A stretch of DNA of 64,000 nt from a virus (taxonomy: Duplodnaviria; Caudoviricetes). Location of the stretch: IMG/VR virus record IMGVR_UViG_3300028805_003982, one strand, 5' to 3'. Both the position numbers and the translations under genes were made by a program. Positions within the stretch are counted from its first letter, which is position 1; each line of letters opens with the position of its first letter. Below the pieces are notes generated by a model. That model was not told where the DNA came from. It saw nothing but the letters and a program-made list of their open reading frames with translations, and made no database searches. This document shows, piece after piece, positions 39,901 through 48,106 of this stretch.

Positions 39901-42900
39901 AGGGATATGGTCCCAAGGAAGATACCACTTTCTATGCGCATTACATTCCTGAAAACATTGTTAATTTCAATTTGAATGGCGGTGACTCTTTTGTAAGAGC
40001 TGCGGTAGGTAAAGGTGTTTCCTTTAATAGCAATACCGGTGTCGCAAGTATTCCGGCCGGGTATTCTTTCGGAGAATTGCCTATTGCGCATAGAAATTAT
40101 TATTCGTTTGACGGATGGTTTACAGAGCCTGACGGCGGTGAACAATATACAGGTAATGTGCCTGTTGCTGAAAATGCAACATATTTTGCACATTGGACAG
40201 CACTTGACACTGCTACAACAGCCGGCAATGTTACTTTAAATGCCTCTGCATACTGGACATCCAACAGTTCAGACTTCAGATATTTAAATACCAGCGAGAC
40301 CGGTGCCGCTTTCGTTAGCTTTGAGATCATAGGCAATAACGTTACCATTCCTTCACAGGGAGTGGTTATAGATTTTGAGTATGACAATGCTCTAGTAGAT
40401 TCATTAGATGCAAACTTTGCAACTTATCCGAATACTACAACATCACAGCCGTATTTCTCAAAATTAGATGCAAACCGTTTGACTAATAATAATGCTTTTA
40501 CCGGAAGTGTCGGCTGCAGAGCTACGGTCAACTTTAATGGCAGTAGCTGGTCCGGGGTCGAGGATATTGATATCAGGATAACGGTAGACACCAATCTTGA
40601 CGGCATCTATGAAATAGATGAAACTTTAACCTTGCAGGCTTGCGGGCACTACGCAAACAGCAATGACACAACCCTTGAGTACGGTCATGGCCGTGTTTAC
40701 AGGTCTTTCTATACCTGGCAGGATGCGTGGGGCTCAAAGCCCTCTGATGCTGATGATTACTTCTATGTTGTATGGCAGTATGACGCTGATTTTAACAGAG
40801 GTAGCAGGGATAGCAAGGCAGACCTTACAACAATGCCCAATGAGCAAGGCGAGTTTATAACTTACGGTTATTTATCCGGCAGCACTCCTTATTACAGTGT
40901 TTTCTCTGATTCTGCTCCTGCCGGAAACTCTGATTATAATAACGCGTATAAGGGTCTTATTCTTTATCGTTATCCTAAAACAATGATCGATGAGGAATCA
41001 GGCAGATGCATAGTTCGAAATCAGGCCCGCTTGTATTATAACGGTGTAGACATGGTCATAAATGCCGATCCTTATACCTTCCGTTGGGATATCCAGGGCA
41101 GGGATGAGGCTAATTTCATTATGGGTGTAGCTTCATCTTACAATCGTGTGCAGGAAACCCAGGAGTCCTTCCTTGGTGGTGATACCATATCTTTAGACTG
41201 GTCTGTAACGACGCAGAATGTTAACGATTGGCGCAGCAAGACTTTAGAGATCGATCTTAACGGCGATGGCAATATCTCTGATGACGAGAAAACTACAACA
41301 AGCTGGTTCTTGAAGAAAGATATTACAATCAATCAGGGCCCTGATGACGTTTTCTACAATTCGGGCGCTCCGGATGATTATTATGTAACTAACCCGGCAA
41401 CAGGTCTTGTACCTCTTACTGAAGATGACTATTCTATCACACAGGTAAGAATCGCAAGAGCTTATATCTGTAAGTCTGAATCCGGCATAGATGCCGATGT
41501 TGCCTGGACTACCAGAGAACAGGTCAACAGACAGGTTCCTTATGAGCTTTGGATAAGAAGAGCGGCCGACAGCCAGTTACTCTTATTTAAAGAATCTACC
41601 ATCAATACCTATACAGGCGGTTCTCCTTCCGAAACGATAGAGCTGCCTGAGGGCACGGTAGAGTATGAGTTCAGGTTCTCCACTTCAGATTATTACTGGT
41701 CGTTCACTTTAGTTCCTACGATCAAGCTTAATCTGAACAATCATACCAGGGCATTGTTTAACAACGATGCTATCCAGAACGCTTCTTCGTGTGTCAGAAT
41801 GAGCGCGGATCTCACCGTTAATACAACCGACCCGCAGGACATTGATGCTGATCTGCCCGTTGTAAACATTGACTGGCATGATGGTATGTCCGGTACTGTT
41901 TTGGACGACATCTATGAACTTACGCCTACTATTCGCGGCGATCTGACTCTTGCAACGGGTCTTGTGTCATCCGATAAGAATGAAGATGCTGATAATGGCG
42001 GAATAGTTACTAATTATTTTACCATCCAGGGTCACAACAGTTCTACCGAATATAATGATAAGAGAGCCATAGATACCGGTAAGTTCTATGTACTGCTCCC
42101 TGCACACGTAACTTTCCAGCGTGTATACAGCTTCGAAGGTAAGAACGAAAACTGCGGTGTCTGGAGCTATATCGAAGATGATCTGAAGTATATCAGTCCT
42201 TCGCACTACACGATAGAACACATTGATAACTGGGAAGGCACCGGCCGTACGATGTACATCATATCGTTTGATTGCACCGGGGAGCGCTTCGCTTATTACA
42301 ATGTTGGTATAGAGACTACAAGGACTTATGACGACTGTACCAGATACGGATCTTCAGGCCTTGTATCCTGGGCTTTTGTTAATACAACCGAGCCTGTAAA
42401 TTACGTATCTTATTACAACACTTCTGATACGGTTCCTAATGCAGAAAAGGATCTGTATACACAGGAGCTTGGTATCTACAATCATAAGATCCTTGGCTGC
42501 ACTACTTTGAGCTTCAGGACTGCAACAACAGATGTTTCCACTGGGCTTACTTCGAGTATTTTGAATAATGCCGGAAAGTCCAATCCCAGTGGAGAGACAT
42601 TGTTGTTCCCGGGTGAAGATTTCAGTGTCGATATTACTTATGGACAGTCCGTGAATGATACAACAGATCATTTAGTCCTTAAGAATAAATTAGACGGTAA
42701 CAGCACTTTTAACAGTATCTATGTGCCTACTTTGGCGGGTAAAGACGATACCGGAGCTTCAGCTTCCGCGTCTGGCGTAGTCTGGTATTCGGTAGCTGAA
42801 AATCCTGACTTTGATAACATTGATACAGAACATGGCTGGACACAGGATGCTCCTGTAGGGGAGACCGTATACGGTATTGTGATCGACTATACAACAGCAG

Positions 42901-43661
42901 ATAACGGAAGGCCCTTCTCTTATAACGGCAATAAGTTCTTTAATGTTACATTATATGGGACAGCAAAGGATCTGCCCGTTGATACTACGGTTCTTAATCA
43001 GGCAACGCTTGAAAGAAGGACGTTTGAGAATGATGTTCTCATATCCGAGAGTGATCCTTTGACATCTAATGTCTCTGCAAAGATCGCACATCCGGTCATT
43101 ACTGTTGGTAAATACTCTAATCCTTCTTCCGGTACTGTCGATAATCCGGCAACTGTCGAGTATGAACAGGATCTTGTTTATACGGTCTATGTTGCTAACT
43201 ATAATAACAATAAGGATCTGTATAACATCCATCTGTCCGACGTTCTTCCTGAAGGCCTTTCTTACAACAGATCAGACATAACATTATCAGACGGTACGAA
43301 GTTGTCAGAGAGCACTAATATCGAGTCGTACGATACAAGTAATGGCTTGGACGTAGTTATTAAGTGTCTCCCTGCGGAAACAAGCATGAGTTTCAAAATC
43401 CCTTGTATGGTCAATTCTAAGGTAGACCAGCTCAGGATTGAAAATACTGCTTATGTATTGGGTTATTCAAACGTGGTATTTGATGATAACGAGAAGCCAT
43501 CATCTGAGACAACATATCATATCGTGTCTGCACCTATGCCTGAGCCTACCGGATACTCAGACGGCGGTGCCGGAATCATCACAATCATACTTGTAACTGC
43601 AGTCCTTTGCATCGGTGTCAGCCTCTTTAGGCGTAAAAAACCTGAAGAGGAAAGGAGCTAG
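33996..43661 (+). CDS. Giant (3221 aa) sortase-anchored LRR adhesin
   Basis: Signal peptide, two arrays of ~25-aa WD.S.VT...MF..C..L..LD (DUF285/BspA-like) repeats, InlB B-repeats (F.GWY/FT..YA.W), DUF11-like C-terminal domain, PEPTG + TM + RRKK. Confidence 0.85.
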   Translation: MRTSVLKKAAVFMIPMMLFNFLGTSVGLAYETFDGEEPTEIVEPQNAGSEEQVPAEPQEAMSKQDKVTAEPEKDPVDNEADKTDPATDSPKTDPASDNTTEPAADTGTPSENADNPTDEPTEVSSEAPAATEESSAVTGEPEETPRKAPLRGASTIATAGVDAYAILYDDGELVFQKGNEPEEGRTAAEIWEVNPSEDIASDEYVGWHDNDDVQVITFKDKLEGVTSLREFFYSLDNLTAFNNLSYLDTSAVTAFNSVFYSLPLVTEIDLTGWDTSSGETFSNMITSCGSITSLDLSMLDISNASAISTLVLACSQLKTINCDGWDLRSVPSLSAASGIFQSMSLDSISMRNWTNVPDGSHIFGRGWGAAKSLDVTGWQFRSNATRMEGFFCSSAIQEIVGLDTWDVSNFTYMGAAFQGCGASDLSGITNWDTGNVTDTNNMFNDCSNLTSLDLSGWDTHSLATMSSMFYNNSNLTSLDLSNWDLRSLDPSRYPTGGALSIPSLKTLTCKNWSHVPGMNSMWFGRGMSLGGASLDYIDVTGWDLSGTTSIETLFANMNVKEIRGLGTWTNTSGITNVNQAFAYINSLSSLDLSGLDLSGVTDASQLFNTSSALVSIDLGSNDFANNTNFNGMFTECSKLQTLDLSNVDFLSATDTDGMFLGTTALKTITLPASYKLVGSGSELDAGLTDSWGNINTKVCYDAADLTKNFTSDMAGTYEKIIQTVNLHYSGGSSSAFVDAIYLSENTRFGDLPETVTRGTDEFLGWYNDDGSVKYTNSSRSFPSDLYAVYGHEPDVATAGVDAYAILYSDNTFVIQKGNTPDEQHGTVTSIWEIPVSGGFPAWYNYVSNVTKVEVKDRLVERTALTAFFANFNSCTVFENLDYIDLSKVTTVDRMFMNNRAVSSYEGTGIENWDISNVGNFEYLFNSNNLVTTMPDLSNWVFKANARVSNMLPSGLVSVGGLGNCDISNLTSLANMFSNLSSLTDINSLANWDVSNITSMQGIFQNCSSLVDLAPLSNWNTSRVTALNDAFNGCSSLTNLDGLANWDLSQVTTLRQAFYCNTSLTDISGLNNKNCTALTDMRSMFYQDAAIDSVFSGLNAPALTTMDYAFYQCTGLKQVNGMSDWNVPSLSSFDSCFSGDTALTSIEGLSGLSEAPFTELNNAFNGCSALTSLNGLEDWNVTGVGNNADSYFNRFGAIFAGCSSITDVDALADWDVSHNTLFRYMFDSCNNLADLSGLSGWDTSSAKSFNNMFFRDSAITDLSPIAHWNTASVTDMSEMFGGYNGDAVISELDFSNWDFSSVTNVNNMLSNVKDESVRIVKLPATFKSGNTGLTGSFIHVETGETAQIGTVMSSFTADRAGTYYKLEDLHFYAMGGVSSVATAKVSPLGFATLNELPTATRNGYRFLGWYTDPVAGELFTEYPTGEYLTALYAHWEADGTYTLILNPNRTGLEAVSVELAKDELYSLDPTIFGEVEGYSVVNWATRASGKGTVYRASQSVMNLCDDPGDTITLYAQWASNTTFTITAHYINAITGEELKTADYQMVSGGCFLDLDPSIGYYDEQVENYTTYFWSKRADIYSDAQTTYPAQYLSYYYGGEDSNEYQLIHMYNTKFYTDTTDIYAYCVPPLQARFWFANCAADVLPAEALTFELDGHTYGNGEYVDIQKFVVDSYDRHDTFSTSFSVRVGSKFQMYSPNNLLNNSSLFNNNQYISYCDYTMWATPDVLDSEGRIKSSGSDGSANYGNYWGYKEIYDDQGSYLGYEYEHDYRPWYGDSIDVYCVPNIRIFVNYQNDNEPYYHFDGIDANTYYSLYSSSGTLYDIHNFALPYISTPSAPEGKIFKGWFTEPVGGTELHEGDLVDLLELRIFYAQWDDDPTYDPDITPTPTPTPAGPFYPNGSDPKQFITITYDPQDGQVADGSVRRGEPITRVISLGSIPANLQAYSNQPNHYFDGWYSNPDGTGYKIPYVTYQGYGPKEDTTFYAHYIPENIVNFNLNGGDSFVRAAVGKGVSFNSNTGVASIPAGYSFGELPIAHRNYYSFDGWFTEPDGGEQYTGNVPVAENATYFAHWTALDTATTAGNVTLNASAYWTSNSSDFRYLNTSETGAAFVSFEIIGNNVTIPSQGVVIDFEYDNALVDSLDANFATYPNTTTSQPYFSKLDANRLTNNNAFTGSVGCRATVNFNGSSWSGVEDIDIRITVDTNLDGIYEIDETLTLQACGHYANSNDTTLEYGHGRVYRSFYTWQDAWGSKPSDADDYFYVVWQYDADFNRGSRDSKADLTTMPNEQGEFITYGYLSGSTPYYSVFSDSAPAGNSDYNNAYKGLILYRYPKTMIDEESGRCIVRNQARLYYNGVDMVINADPYTFRWDIQGRDEANFIMGVASSYNRVQETQESFLGGDTISLDWSVTTQNVNDWRSKTLEIDLNGDGNISDDEKTTTSWFLKKDITINQGPDDVFYNSGAPDDYYVTNPATGLVPLTEDDYSITQVRIARAYICKSESGIDADVAWTTREQVNRQVPYELWIRRAADSQLLLFKESTINTYTGGSPSETIELPEGTVEYEFRFSTSDYYWSFTLVPTIKLNLNNHTRALFNNDAIQNASSCVRMSADLTVNTTDPQDIDADLPVVNIDWHDGMSGTVLDDIYELTPTIRGDLTLATGLVSSDKNEDADNGGIVTNYFTIQGHNSSTEYNDKRAIDTGKFYVLLPAHVTFQRVYSFEGKNENCGVWSYIEDDLKYISPSHYTIEHIDNWEGTGRTMYIISFDCTGERFAYYNVGIETTRTYDDCTRYGSSGLVSWAFVNTTEPVNYVSYYNTSDTVPNAEKDLYTQELGIYNHKILGCTTLSFRTATTDVSTGLTSSILNNAGKSNPSGETLLFPGEDFSVDITYGQSVNDTTDHLVLKNKLDGNSTFNSIYVPTLAGKDDTGASASASGVVWYSVAENPDFDNIDTEHGWTQDAPVGETVYGIVIDYTTADNGRPFSYNGNKFFNVTLYGTAKDLPVDTTVLNQATLERRTFENDVLISESDPLTSNVSAKIAHPVITVGKYSNPSSGTVDNPATVEYEQDLVYTVYVANYNNNKDLYNIHLSDVLPEGLSYNRSDITLSDGTKLSESTNIESYDTSNGLDVVIKCLPAETSMSFKIPCMVNSKVDQLRIENTAYVLGYSNVVFDDNEKPSSETTYHIVSAPMPEPTGYSDGGAGIITIILVTAVLCIGVSLFRRKKPEEERS

Positions 43662-43687
43662 GTCTGCGTTTACGATATTTCCTTTCT

Positions 43688-43724
43688 GGGCGGGCGGGTT
43701 CTTCGGGATCTGCCCGTTTCTTTT
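43688..43724 (+). terminator. Terminator after the giant adhesin
   Basis: GGCGGGCGGGTTC-TTCG-GGATCTGCCCGTT then T-tract. Confidence 0.8.
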
Positions 43725-43733
43725 GACTATTGA

Positions 43734-43768
43734 AAGACGGGTCTAAAACACACCAGCCCCGTTATACC
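43734..43768 (+). promoter_or_regulatory. Class B promoter motif, copy 2
   Basis: AAGAC-ggg-TCTA-N15-GTTATACC. Confidence 0.5.
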
Positions 43769-43813
43769 TTATGGCATAAGGATTTTATTTGTAACAGAAA
43801 GGGAAGCTTTGTT

Positions 43814-45010
43814 ATGATGGAAGATTTTAATATAATGGAGTATCTCGACAAAACTGGTGTTGCATATAAGGAAAAGGGGTACGATCGCGTAGTTTTGGAA
43901 GCGCACGATTCATTAACGATAACCCCGTCCCGTAATCTGTTTAATTGGTTTTCCAGGGGCATCGGAGGATACGGTGTTTGGGATTTTATCAGACTCGTTG
44001 AATATGAAGGACAAAACGTCAGCAAAAGAGATATTATGCAGCGTCTTATTGATGTGTTTGGCGAGGACAGGTGCGGTGTTACTGATTGGGATGAGGGGGA
44101 TCGCAAGAGGCCGAAGCCCGTATTGCATGAGGCTAAATATCAGGTACAGTCGCAGCCTCAGAATACCATAGAATTTGCTTTGCCGGAGAAAAACAGGAGC
44201 GTTGACCTGATCCGTAAATATCTTTGTGAAGAAAGAGGCATTTCTGAAAAGGTGTTTAACGAATTTGTTTCAAGGGGCCTGTTATATGAATCAAACATCA
44301 AGATAACCAAGAATCGTGACGGCACGGACAGGTCGAAGCCTTTTTATGCCCATAATGCCGTATTTGTCAGAATAGACCCCAGGGACGGGAACATCAAGGC
44401 GGCAACTGTTAAAGGTTCTTATGTGGACCCGACTACCCATAAAAGATATAGTAGGGATGTGCCCGGATCTAATAAGTTTGACTGTCTATTCTATTTTCAG
44501 GGCAAAAATGTTAAAGAGCCCGATCACGTTATTCTCTTTGAGGCCGAGATAGATCTTATGAGCTACTTGTCACTTCAGGAAGAAAAAGGCGTCAGCATGG
44601 ATAATTTTGTATGTGTTTCTTTAGGCGGCATCAGCGCTGATATGACGATCCGTGCTAGTCTTCAGCACCTTTTTGACCGGTTCCCGACAATAAAAAAGGT
44701 AATGATATCTTTTGATAATGATTACGACAAAGAATTAATGGGCAAAATAAATGTCGGCAGGGAAGCAATGGTGTCTTTACACCAGAATCTGATACAGGCA
44801 GGGAAAAAGCCCGGATGGATCTTTGTTAGGGACGGGGACGACGGAACTCGTTGTAAGGATTGGAATGACTGTCTTCTGGAATACCGCAAGGGGAATTGGA
44901 CTTTTCTTGGTCAGGGCAAGAAACAGGACAATGAGCCGGATGGCAATGGCAAGACAACCGATCCTAAAAAAGATACTCCTGATGACGATGCAGGACCCGG
45001 GGGTCAATAA
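43814..45010 (+). CDS. Toprim/DUF3991-type primase-like protein of conjugative elements
   Basis: HDSL..FNWFSRGIGG, YLCEERGIS, NAVFV, FEAEIDLMSY, SLGG, FDND, KDWND. Confidence 0.85.
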   Translation: MMEDFNIMEYLDKTGVAYKEKGYDRVVLEAHDSLTITPSRNLFNWFSRGIGGYGVWDFIRLVEYEGQNVSKRDIMQRLIDVFGEDRCGVTDWDEGDRKRPKPVLHEAKYQVQSQPQNTIEFALPEKNRSVDLIRKYLCEERGISEKVFNEFVSRGLLYESNIKITKNRDGTDRSKPFYAHNAVFVRIDPRDGNIKAATVKGSYVDPTTHKRYSRDVPGSNKFDCLFYFQGKNVKEPDHVILFEAEIDLMSYLSLQEEKGVSMDNFVCVSLGGISADMTIRASLQHLFDRFPTIKKVMISFDNDYDKELMGKINVGREAMVSLHQNLIQAGKKPGWIFVRDGDDGTRCKDWNDCLLEYRKGNWTFLGQGKKQDNEPDGNGKTTDPKKDTPDDDAGPGGQ

Positions 45011-45047
45011 CCGCGCGATATTCATTACTTTTTGTGAAAGTTTTGTA

Positions 45048-45103
45048 AAAGGTGCCGAGTTTTCCTAACAAAAGACGCGTTTTTTCTAAACCGCCGTTAC
45101 AAT
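45048..45103 (+). promoter_or_regulatory. Class A promoter motif, copy 3
   Basis: AAAGGTGCCGAGTTTTCCTA-acaa-AAGAC-N19-GTTACAAT. Confidence 0.7.
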
Positions 45104-45109
45104 ATAAAA

Positions 45110-45212
45110 TAGGATGAGTACATTTGATATGTACCAAACGAATATGACCGCGATATGCGGTAGTTAAGTCTCCGGGTTTCTTTGGGCAGCACCTCTCCGG
45201 AGACTTCTTTTT
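45110..45212 (+). ncRNA. Candidate ~100-nt small RNA or attenuator leader
   Basis: Hairpins GTACAT-ttgat-ATGTAC and ACCGC-gatat-GCGGT, terminator AAGTCTCCGG...CCGGAGACTT-CTTTTT. Confidence 0.55.
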
Positions 45213-45276
45213 ACGTTTATTATCGACTTTTTATAGAACTTGAAAGAAAGGAGGAGCGCTTAGGCGTGTTGTTTGT

Positions 45277-45654
45277 ATGATGGAAACAAATACTAAAGAG
45301 ACTATTGCCGACCAGGATGCCGAGGCTTATGTTGATGATCTTAACAGCAAGATCAGACAGCTTCAGGAAAAGCTCGAACGATATGAGTTTATTGCTTCTT
45401 CAAAAAATACATTAATGGGCAATAATCTTGAGTGGGTTATAAAAGACGGAATTCCCGGATTGCTGCAGGACGATCTCATTCCCGGCGATGAAAAGACTTT
45501 GATCGAACAGGATAAGGAGATTATCGAGAAATACAAGGCGAATTTCGGGCTTGATAATTCGTCTTTTTCTGTTCTGATGGAGCTGCAGTCCAAGGAAGTA
45601 CTGCGGCTTATTTGTGTTTGCGCGGATATATCCACGCATTTGATCGAAAAATGA
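45277..45654 (+). CDS. Hypothetical coiled-coil protein
   Basis: 125 aa; start overlaps the stop of a 4-codon uORF. Confidence 0.6.
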   Translation: MMETNTKETIADQDAEAYVDDLNSKIRQLQEKLERYEFIASSKNTLMGNNLEWVIKDGIPGLLQDDLIPGDEKTLIEQDKEIIEKYKANFGLDNSSFSVLMELQSKEVLRLICVCADISTHLIEK

Positions 45655-45678
45655 TTTGGAAAGGGGTTTATAACCGAT

Positions 45679-46473
45679 ATGAAAAATGTTTTAGCAAAAA
45701 CTGGAGCTATTGCTCTTACGGGCGTAATGCTGATGACTGGTGCAGTCGGGTGTAAAAGACGTGATGCATTTAATTCGCAGCCGTCTGAATCTTCCGTGAA
45801 CGGCGCAGCCGAGAGTGCTGATATAAGGGCTTGGTGCGAAAAGACCGGAACAACTTATATGAATAGTGTCATTCAGATGGACTTCACTGGTATTTCAAGT
45901 GTTGTTGATTATACCAAAAACTCTACTGCGGAATTGCAGTTTTATGAGTATTCTGATTCAGTTATGCAGAACGGCTGGTCATATGACTTTTATTCAAGTA
46001 TTTTGCATGAAGCTACCTATGTAACAACGGGCTTTAATTATGATCCCGAGACAGCTGTCGCGCATCTGGATTACAGGATCAGCGTTCCCGATTATTCGGC
46101 AACTTCGGCTGACGGGGCGATCAAATATACGTTGGGTGTTGATTTTAATTATGATGCAACCGCCCAGACTGCGTTTGTTTCAGATCCTGCAACAGCTATT
46201 AACAATTTCTATAAAGTAGCTGAGCGTGATTATGTCAACTACATCTTAGAAAAAGCTGATCTTGCTTTCCTGACACCTACTCCGACACCCGCAGGCGGAA
46301 GAGCTCCGACCCCTGTACCTACAGACGATCCCGGTGTTCAGCCTACAGATGAAGCGGGCAATCCCGTAGAGACTTCTGCTACATCCGGTTCTAATTCGGG
46401 AAGCAGCGGTAATACTAATGGTACCATTCCCGAAGGCGAGTCTTTTGGGGACGGAGAAACTGATGTGAATTAA
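45679..46473 (+). CDS. Lipoprotein with Pro/Thr/Ser-rich tail
   Basis: Lipobox AVGC. Confidence 0.7.
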   Translation: MKNVLAKTGAIALTGVMLMTGAVGCKRRDAFNSQPSESSVNGAAESADIRAWCEKTGTTYMNSVIQMDFTGISSVVDYTKNSTAELQFYEYSDSVMQNGWSYDFYSSILHEATYVTTGFNYDPETAVAHLDYRISVPDYSATSADGAIKYTLGVDFNYDATAQTAFVSDPATAINNFYKVAERDYVNYILEKADLAFLTPTPTPAGGRAPTPVPTDDPGVQPTDEAGNPVETSATSGSNSGSSGNTNGTIPEGESFGDGETDVN

Positions 46474-46490
46474 ATCGGAGGGGCAGATCA

Positions 46491-47579
46491 ATGCCTAATT
46501 TAAGAGATAAAGAACATGAAGCGTCATTTAAGAGAATGCCGGACGGAACCATTAAAGTGCGGGATGTAAAAGATATCAATCTTTTTACACTCCGTAAGTT
46601 TGAGGAATCCCATCCCATCGAGCATGTCGAAGGCGGGCGCGTGGCATTAAGCCAGATCAAAGAGGTTGTTAAGTATTTCATAGACCGCGATTCAGACGGT
46701 TATTACAATCTTAACGCAGCCTTTGCGTTTGCCCTGGATCAGCCTCTGTTGATGAAGTCCTTTTATATGACGGGATTAAGCAAGCTGGAACCAGTTTCCT
46801 ATGCCTACGGAGTCAAGGGGGATAACACCTATTTTGGCGTTTCAGTTCCTCCGAAGTTCTATGTTTCGTCCGCAAGGCCGTACAGTATGCAGGAAATAAC
46901 AGGGCTTGATGACCTTGCTCCGGTAGGCGTCGATGTTTGGGAAAAGGAGAAAAACAGGGTTGATCCTGAAATGTGCCAGGTTATAGAATCTTTCTATTCT
47001 GACATGCTGGAGAAGTTTGAAAAGCCCCGCATCTTCTTTGATATGGACGGCACTTTGGTCCGTTGGGAAAACGATTGGAGCATGGGTCCTTTCGGAGTTA
47101 AAGCTTGGAAACAGCCCGGATTTTTTGAAAGCTGCGCACCTCATAGGGCAATGGTATCCCTTTGTAATGCACTTGTTGAAGATGAAAGATATCAGGTCTT
47201 TGTTCTGACGGCAACTAACAAGGTTCCTCATGCCGTCGATGAGAAGATCAGATGGTGTAAGAAATACATCCCCGGTCTTTATTCAGATCATGTGCTTTGT
47301 GTTGAAGACGGAGTTATGAAAGGTGCGGCCATAAGACCGGATACTAAGACAATGGTGTTTGACGACTACCATAAGTCTTTACAGGGTATCAAGAATGCAT
47401 ATACCAAGGAATCCGGCGAAGCTGTGCTGGTTCAAGTTATCAACAATCTTACTATTCCCTCAGATCCCGTAGTCAGTCCTATAACATGCAGTACGGACAG
47501 AGGACTGAAGATATCGGACATTGACAGGCTGTTGAAGGTGGATAATTCTTTCGGAGGTGGCGGATATGGGTCTCTTTAA
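46491..47579 (+). CDS. HAD-family 5'(3')-deoxyribonucleotidase-like protein with N-terminal extension
   Basis: IFFDMDGTLV, PGFF, VLTA, EKIRW, VFDD. Confidence 0.8.
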   Translation: MPNLRDKEHEASFKRMPDGTIKVRDVKDINLFTLRKFEESHPIEHVEGGRVALSQIKEVVKYFIDRDSDGYYNLNAAFAFALDQPLLMKSFYMTGLSKLEPVSYAYGVKGDNTYFGVSVPPKFYVSSARPYSMQEITGLDDLAPVGVDVWEKEKNRVDPEMCQVIESFYSDMLEKFEKPRIFFDMDGTLVRWENDWSMGPFGVKAWKQPGFFESCAPHRAMVSLCNALVEDERYQVFVLTATNKVPHAVDEKIRWCKKYIPGLYSDHVLCVEDGVMKGAAIRPDTKTMVFDDYHKSLQGIKNAYTKESGEAVLVQVINNLTIPSDPVVSPITCSTDRGLKISDIDRLLKVDNSFGGGGYGSL

Positions 47580-48090
47580 GAAACTTATAAAAAAGAATCG
47601 GCCTGCCGAACCGAAAGAAACTGCTAATGATGAAGCAATCAAGGAGACCTCTACAGAAACTGCTGCGGAGGTTTTTCCTTCTGAGGATACGTCTGAAGCA
47701 GCTAAAGCACTGTTTGCTATTCAGCAGGGTGGAAAGGGCAGAAGGCTTGAGGTCGGTATTGAAGAAGTTATTACCCCGATGGTCTTTGAGGATGAAGAAG
47801 AAACTCCGGAGCTCTACAATCCGATAGAGGAATTTTCATTAGACCCCGAGAGTAACACTTATATGGCGAAAAAGAGCTCATCTAAGGAAACTCTTGCAGA
47901 AGATAAGTCTCAGTTTGATTGGGAAAAGAATCAGGGTTTGTTGGACTTAAACAATCTGGTTGATGCAAAGGCAGAAGACATACCAGATTCGGATGGAGAT
48001 GCAGGTTCTGATACTGATGCTGATTATGATGAAGATGATGACGATTCGGAGGGTTCTTCTTATTCTGACGGGGACCCTGATTTTGATTAA
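47566..48090 (+). CDS. Highly acidic hypothetical protein
   Basis: GGAGG SD; D/E-rich C-terminus. Confidence 0.6.
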   Translation: MGLFKKLIKKNRPAEPKETANDEAIKETSTETAAEVFPSEDTSEAAKALFAIQQGGKGRRLEVGIEEVITPMVFEDEEETPELYNPIEEFSLDPESNTYMAKKSSSKETLAEDKSQFDWEKNQGLLDLNNLVDAKAEDIPDSDGDAGSDTDADYDEDDDDSEGSSYSDGDPDFD

Positions 48091-48106
48091 TGGAGTATTG
48101 ATGTAA

